Assembly (NCBI GenBank): GCA_002269645.1
Contig: NIVC01002217.1
Coordinates: forward strand, 1-64,000
Length of the DNA stretch: 64,000 nt
DNA from: Macrostomum lignano
Lineage: Eukaryota
Direction of reading: 5' to 3'
Shown here one piece after another: positions 58,262 through 64,000 of the stretch. Position numbers and translations under genes: made by a program. The notes beneath the pieces were generated by a model that searched no databases, was not told the DNA's origin, and saw only the letters and a list, made by a program, of their open reading frames with translations. Positions within the stretch are counted from its first letter, which is position 1. Every line of letters begins with the position of its first letter.

Positions 58262-59064
58262 ACACATATTGACTGCCTCAGTTCAACCCGAGACAGCATG
58301 CTTGTAAAGCTCCAGTCAGGAGTTTGCTGCTCAGCCTTTTCTCACCTTGCCATTGCTGCTTTGAGGCGCAGACAGTCACCGACCGCTGTTGAGGTCCGCC
58401 AAAGCCTGGGGGCTGCTGAGGCCCGAGGCGTCTGACCTGAATCTTAAGTCTGCTTCCTCTCCCCTCACTCTCCCCTCATTCCCTAGCCCATCGCAGGGGA
58501 TTGGCCAGACCAAACATCCTCGGCTATGCTTTCTAGTCCAGAGAGTCGAAACGGGGGGTCGCGGGACTTTGTCGTGTCGAATTAAAATCTTCTTTCAAAG
58601 CTTCACCCGGGATGCTTCTGTTTGGCCTTTGCTGTGCCGCCACCCGCCAACCCCCCGTCGTTTCGCTGTGACTCTCCGTGAAGAAATTGTATTTGCTATT
58701 GAAATTTTTCTGGCCAACACGCGTGCGACTTCTAGTTCTGCTTCCCTGTCTCTCTTTCAGTCACTCAATCTTCTGCTTTCATTTCCTGAGTCCCTCAGCG
58801 CTGTGCATCTCTTGAGGACTATATTAGCATGCGATATTTCACTTTAATCAATAGCTTAATTATTGACGCAGTTCGCGCATAAAAATTGTCATTTAATTAA
58901 GCAAAGAACCAACTACATGTAGAAGTGGTTATTTTAAATGCAGTCCTGAGTCCGTTAATAACGACACTAAAAACATTGGGTAATACAAAAACTAACGCAT
59001 ATACTATGAACAACGTGTTTTAAAAGATAACAATATTGGACGCTCGATAGGCTCCAGGAAGATC

Positions 59065-59352
59065 AATCCCGAACTAGCAACTTCTCCAGGTAGGTCAATC
59101 CCGAACTAGCTACTTCTCCAGGTAGGTCAATCCCGAACTAGCTACTTCTCCAGTAGGTCAATCCCGAACTAGCTACTTCTCCAGAAGGTCAATCCCGAAC
59201 TAGCTACTTCTCCAGGTAGGTCAATCCCGAACTAGCTACTTCTCCAGGTAGGTCAATCCCGAACTAGCTACTTCTCCAGAAGGTCAATCCCGAACTAGCT
59301 ACTTCTCCAGAAGGTCAATCCCGAACTAGCTACGCTTTCTCCAGGTAGGTCA
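59065..59352. repeat. ~32-bp tandem repeat
   Basis: GGTCAATCCCGAACTAGCTACTTCTCCAGGTA. Confidence 0.88.
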
Positions 59353-60094
59353 ATGCATTGCCACATGAAAGCATTGAGACGCTGTGGGGCACAGAAGTTC
59401 TCTTCCGAATATTGCCTTCCTTCTATGTTCCAAACTTGAGCATTCCAGCGGCTCTTAGCCAGCACAAAATCGGCCAAGTTAACCAACTACATCTCTGCAT
59501 CCTGGCAGCTGTGACTGATGGCCGGGGCGGAGCTTTTACTCCTCCAACACTGCAGAGCCACCACTTGGCCATGGCGGATGGCTGCCAATTAGCTGGCCGT
59601 GCTCAGCCCAGCTCCATCTCAGCTCTGCTATTTGCCTTCTCTCTCCTGCTCCTCTGCAATTTCCTGCTTGTCTCTATCTATCTAACGCGTCTGTTAGCCG
59701 AAGTGGCAGAAGCGAGCTAAAGAAAAGAAAAACAGGATAGGATAAGCTCCTATCGCTGAGATTGGCCGTCCTTGGGATAAAAAAACGAGGGGTGGGGGAT
59801 GGGCGGCGTTTGGGGGCAGACGAGAGACGCGCTGATCGATTGAGATCGGGCTGAGACGAACTTTGCTGTAGAGAAGTTCTTTTGTACCGGACTCAAAATG
59901 TATTCATCCAGCAGAATACTTTGAGTCTTTAAGTCTCTTTCTATTTGTGTGTTATCGGTTGCTGATGAGTTGATGGGGTGAGGTGAGTTGTAGACTGTAG
60001 GATATAGATCGCGGTTGATTACATAGATAAGTACATTTAACATAGATTCAGATTGCGTAGATTTAGTTGGATAGTGACGGGAATAGGCGTGGTA

Positions 60095-61205
60095 GTAGAG
60101 TGGATAGAGTGTATGGAGTACATGTAGATAGATATTGTAGAGTAGATAGAGTGTATGGAGTACATGTAGATATATATTGTAGAGTGGATAGAGTGTATGG
60201 AGTACATGTAGATAGATATTGTAGAGTGGATAGAGCGTATGGAGTACATGTAGATATATATTGTAGAGTGGATAGAGTGTATGGAGTACATGTAGATAGA
60301 TATTGTAGAGTGGATAGAGTGTATGGAGTACATGTAGATAGATATTGTAGAGTGGATAGAGTGTATGGAGTACATGTAGATATATATTGTAGAGTGGATA
60401 GAGTGTATGGAGTACATGTAGATAGATATTGTAGAGTGGATAGAGTGTATGGAGTACATGTAGATAGATATTGTAGAGTGGATAGAGTGTATGGAGTACA
60501 TGTAGATAGATATTGTAGAGTGGATAGAGCGTATGGAGTACATGTAGATATATATTGTAGAGTGGATAGAGTGTATGGAGTACATGTAGATAGATATTGT
60601 AGAGTGGATAGAGTGTATGGAGTACATGTAGATATATATTGTAGAGTGGATAGAGTGTATGGAGTACATGTAGATATATATTGTAGAGTGGATAGAGTGT
60701 ATGGAGTACATGTAGATAGATATTGTAGAGTGGATAGAGCGTATGGAGTACATGTAGATAGATATTGTAGAGTGGATAGAGCGTATGGAGCACATGTAGA
60801 TAGATATTGTAGAGTGGATAGAGCGTATGGAGTACATGTAGATATATATTGTAGAGTGGATAGAGCGTATGGAGTACATGTAGATATATATTGTAGAGTG
60901 GATAGAGTGTATGGAGCACATGTAGATAGATATTGTAGAGTGGATAGAGTGTATGGAGCACATGTAGATAAATATTGTAGAGTGGATAGAGCGTATGGAG
61001 TACATGTAGATATATATTGTAGAGTGGATAGAGTGTATGGAGTACATGTAGATAGATATTGTAGAGTAGATAGAGTGTATGGAGCACATGTAGATAGATA
61101 TTGTAGAGTGGATAGAGCGTATGGAGCACATGTAGATAGATATTGTAGAGTAGATAGAGTGTATGGAGCACATGTAGATAGATATTGTAGAGTGGATAGA
61201 GCGTA
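60095..61205. repeat. 42-bp minisatellite
   Basis: AGAGTGGATAGAGTGTATGGAGTACATGTAGATAGATATTGT. Confidence 0.93.
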
Positions 61206-62026
61206 GACAGACACGTTTTGGTTGGACAGATACTGTAAGAGTTGATAGGATACAGTAAATGGTGCAGAGAGGTAGGTGTAGAGTATTGAGTAGATAGAGG
61301 GCCGATATTGTGTCTGATAACTTCCGTGATGAAAATTACTGTTGATTACAATTAGCCCTTAATCATACGCTTTTGTACGAAACGTTGAAGATTTCTACAC
61401 TGTGTTGCGGAGCCCAGACTCCATCAATTCTCTGCCGGTTTAATTCGCTTATTTTCCCTCTTGAAGAGGAGTTAACGGAAATCAGAGATCCCCAGATTAA
61501 CATCGGGAGCAGTGCCGGAGATCAGCAAGGATCAACCAATGTAGTGATAGGACGTTACGCTTTCAGTTAACGCGTCAACGAAAAAACTGAAAACTGTTAT
61601 TTTGATATTGGAAATAAGCAAAAGCACAGTGCGTTCTTTCTTAGAATGCATTCAATTGAGTAGGGTTCTGTCGCACAGGGAAATCCCTTTAGAAAAGAAT
61701 AGAGTGAAAAGATGGGGCGGTTTGCCAGCATCCAATCTATGCAATCTCGCTAATGCATTTTGAAACAAAAGTGGAACCTTCAAAAATTATGTTTCACAGT
61801 TTTGAGTTGCCACGTACTCCTTCCTACCCTTAGCGGTCCTTAAGGCAGTATCAAGGATACGGTAAACTAAACTATACTTATACATTCGCAGCAAGCACTA
61901 ACACAGGGCACGTGTGAGCAAAACTTAATAAACAAACAATTAAAAAAACAGAACAGAAAGTACAGCTACAAAGACCCCAAATTATGACGTCAACATTCCT
62001 TGACCAGCGTCCGCCAAGCCAGCCAA

Positions 62027-63259
62027 TCACAGCAGGTGACCGCCCTTGGAGGTCGGCTTCCATGGCGCGGTGCTCACGCCGCCGCCCTGGCCGCCCGGCC
62101 GATCGGCCAGCCGGTTGGCTGTCGCCATCTGCTCCGTCTCCCGGGCCTGGGCTCGGGCCTGCAGGCCGCGCAGCTTCTCAGCCTGGCGCCTGGCCGCCTC
62201 CGCCTTCTCGTGCTCGTAGGCGTCGTGTGAGTCTTGCCACTCCTTGGCGTAGCCCATGGACAGCAGCTTGTCCATGGCCGGCCGCTCCACCGCCCCGCCC
62301 GGCTGCTCATCGTTCGGATTCTGCATTGTGGATTTGGGTAGGGAGCGGATGGTGGATTTGGGTAGGGAGCGTATGGTGGATTTGGGTAGAGAGCGTATGG
62401 TGGATTTGGGTAGGGAGAGGATGGTGAAATTGGTTGAGCTTACTACCTAGGAGCAGATGATGGAGTTTCCTTTTAGAAAAAGGGGTTCAAAGTCCGCCCG
62501 AGGGAGCTGGCGGGCGGTTGACCTATTTAAAGGGGGCGGCCTGATGGAAAAGGTCAAACTGAACCTGAAACTTACCTGAAAGCCGCCACCTCGCCGAGCC
62601 TTCTGTCTCAGCTCGTTCTCATTGTGCGGCCGCGCCTTCACAGTGAGCTCCTGATTCTCCAGCTTCTGCTGCTGGCTGGCCTTCTTAGCCGCTTTCTCGT
62701 TCCTCACCCCGACGCCCTGCTTCCTGGCCTCCGGCAGGCGGGATCTCTTGTCGAAGCGCACCATGTGGTTGGGGATGACGTCTTGCTCAGTGGCGAACGG
62801 CGGCCGGCCCCGCTCGCCTGGTCCGTACTTCGGCACCGCCGCTGCGCGCCCCGGTTTGCCGGCCGCGTTCCACGGCTGGTGCACCATGTAGTCAGGCAGG
62901 CGGAACACCCACGGCTCGCGCTGGTTGGCGGCGTCGTCGTCAAGCATGCTGTTGTCCTCCTGGTAGAACCAGTCGCACCTTGGATAGCCCTTAGCCGGGG
63001 CATCGTCGTCGCGTTGATTCTCCCGGATGCACAGCAGGTCCTTCCTGCCGCCATTCTTCGCCATCACAATGTAGGGCGTGTCCGTGTCCTTGATGAGGCC
63101 CTGCCGCGGCTCCTTCTCCGGCGGCAGCATATCGTCCGGCATGTTGCCTAGGCCGGGAATCTGCGATGTCGGCGGGACGCGAACCTCGGGCCTGTCCTCG
63201 TGCTTAGCCGGGCTGTGGTACATCCAGCCGATGTCTTTCATGTTGGTTTTGACCGCCAT
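62027..63259 (-). CDS. C7orf57: C7orf57/DUF5524-like protein; exons 63259-62576 and 62320-62027 (3' end uncertain, a GTGAGC donor lies inside exon 2)
   Basis: Motifs SQIPGL, IKDTDTPYIVMAKNGGRKDLL, DWF, LPDYMVH, PPF and MDKLLSMGYAKEW match my recollection of the family. The GTAAGT donor at 62575 and the CAG acceptor at 62321 are both phase 0. Confidence 0.75.
62325..62430. repeat. 24-bp tandem repeat x4 adjacent to the C7orf57-like acceptor
   Basis: TGGTGGATTTGGGTAGGGAGCGTA. Confidence 0.82.
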
Positions 63260-64000
63260 GCTGATTAGCGCTAACCTGCTAGATTGAATGCTACACTGTC
63301 AGGGTCTGCGAGACTGCTTTATAGCAAAGAAATTTTCTATGAAAAAGCAGAGAAAGCCGAGAGAAACGCTCTATGAAAAGGGGTGAGTACTGCTAAGCTA
63401 AAGCTGGTTGCCAAGCTGGTTGCTAACGCTGCAGCGCCCCGGCCTCGCTCTGAGCCGGCCCCCCCTCCCCCATCTCCGCGCCTCCCACCCTGCGCATACG
63501 CGGACTGTCTCGGCTACAAATTCAGCGCCCAATTTTCCGCTATTCAGAGAGAGAGAGTGTCGCGCAGAGGACAGGCCTGGAATGAGAGGCGGTGGGGCAA
63601 GACAGGTGAGAGAAGGGCTGGCCTGAGAGTTGGTCCACCCAGACCCCCCCCCCGGCCCTCTCTGGGGGCTGAACGTACTGTGTGCCCGTACATTCACTCC
63701 AATCATACGGTACGCCAGGAGTATTCGTCGGGCTGTATTTCATGCAGCAGTGTAGAGCATACACCTGTACGCTCAGTGAGGTACATTTACTAAGGTAAGT
63801 AGATCAAATGAGAAGCTCTATCCAATATTGCCTCTTTCACCACTTTGGGCATGACAATGGGTCTCAGTTCAGTCTAGGTTTGTTGTTGCGCTCACGGGAA
63901 TGAAAACACTCGGTAGTAGTTTTGCTCACTATTCAGTAGTGTCTGCTGAGCATTAATACAAATTTGTTCCGCAAATAAAATCTTTTAAAATTCGATGTTC

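Noticed and set aside
3632-61214. Long low-complexity ORFs in the track (e.g. 3632-4948, 31973-33072, 33461-34654, 35084-36384, 40774-41661, 42360-42907, 52597-54297, 59750-61214)
   Set aside because: They coincide with tandem arrays whose units lack stops, are open in several frames or on both strands at once, and mostly lie within introns defined by real exons.

Overview
Eukaryotic, intron-rich, minisatellite-laden DNA. The GC-rich Ala/Gln/Pro-rich exons, GTGAGY donors and intron-filling tandem repeats resemble a flatworm such as Macrostomum; this is inference only. I reconstructed five spliced genes by hand, checking splice phase at every junction: (1) the last three coding exons of glycine cleavage H protein (+, 3488-8307); (2) a 10-exon synapsin (+, 20170-51776, ~561 aa); (3) a 5-exon TIMP (-, 38614-31662, 335 aa) nested antisense in synapsin intron 5; (4) a 3-exon ~260-aa gene with a degenerate ParB/sulfiredoxin-like domain (-, 58022-54859); (5) a C7orf57/DUF5524-like gene (-, 63259-62027). 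A full-length two-ORF LINE (APE-RT-RNaseH, LOA/I-group-like, -, 12941-18750) sits inside a 29-bp minisatellite with a ~13-bp target-site duplication. There are two copies of a tRNA-derived CORE-type SINE and about 30 tandem-repeat arrays, which explain most long ORFs in the track. The most notable points are the synapsin/TIMP nesting at the vertebrate-equivalent intron, a TIMP whose first Cys is not N-terminal, a synapsin with a C-domain insertion and loss of the E386-equivalent ligand, a ~34-site AP-1 motif array, and the ParB-like orphan gene. Repeat boundaries are approximate; all homology calls are by eye, with no database search.
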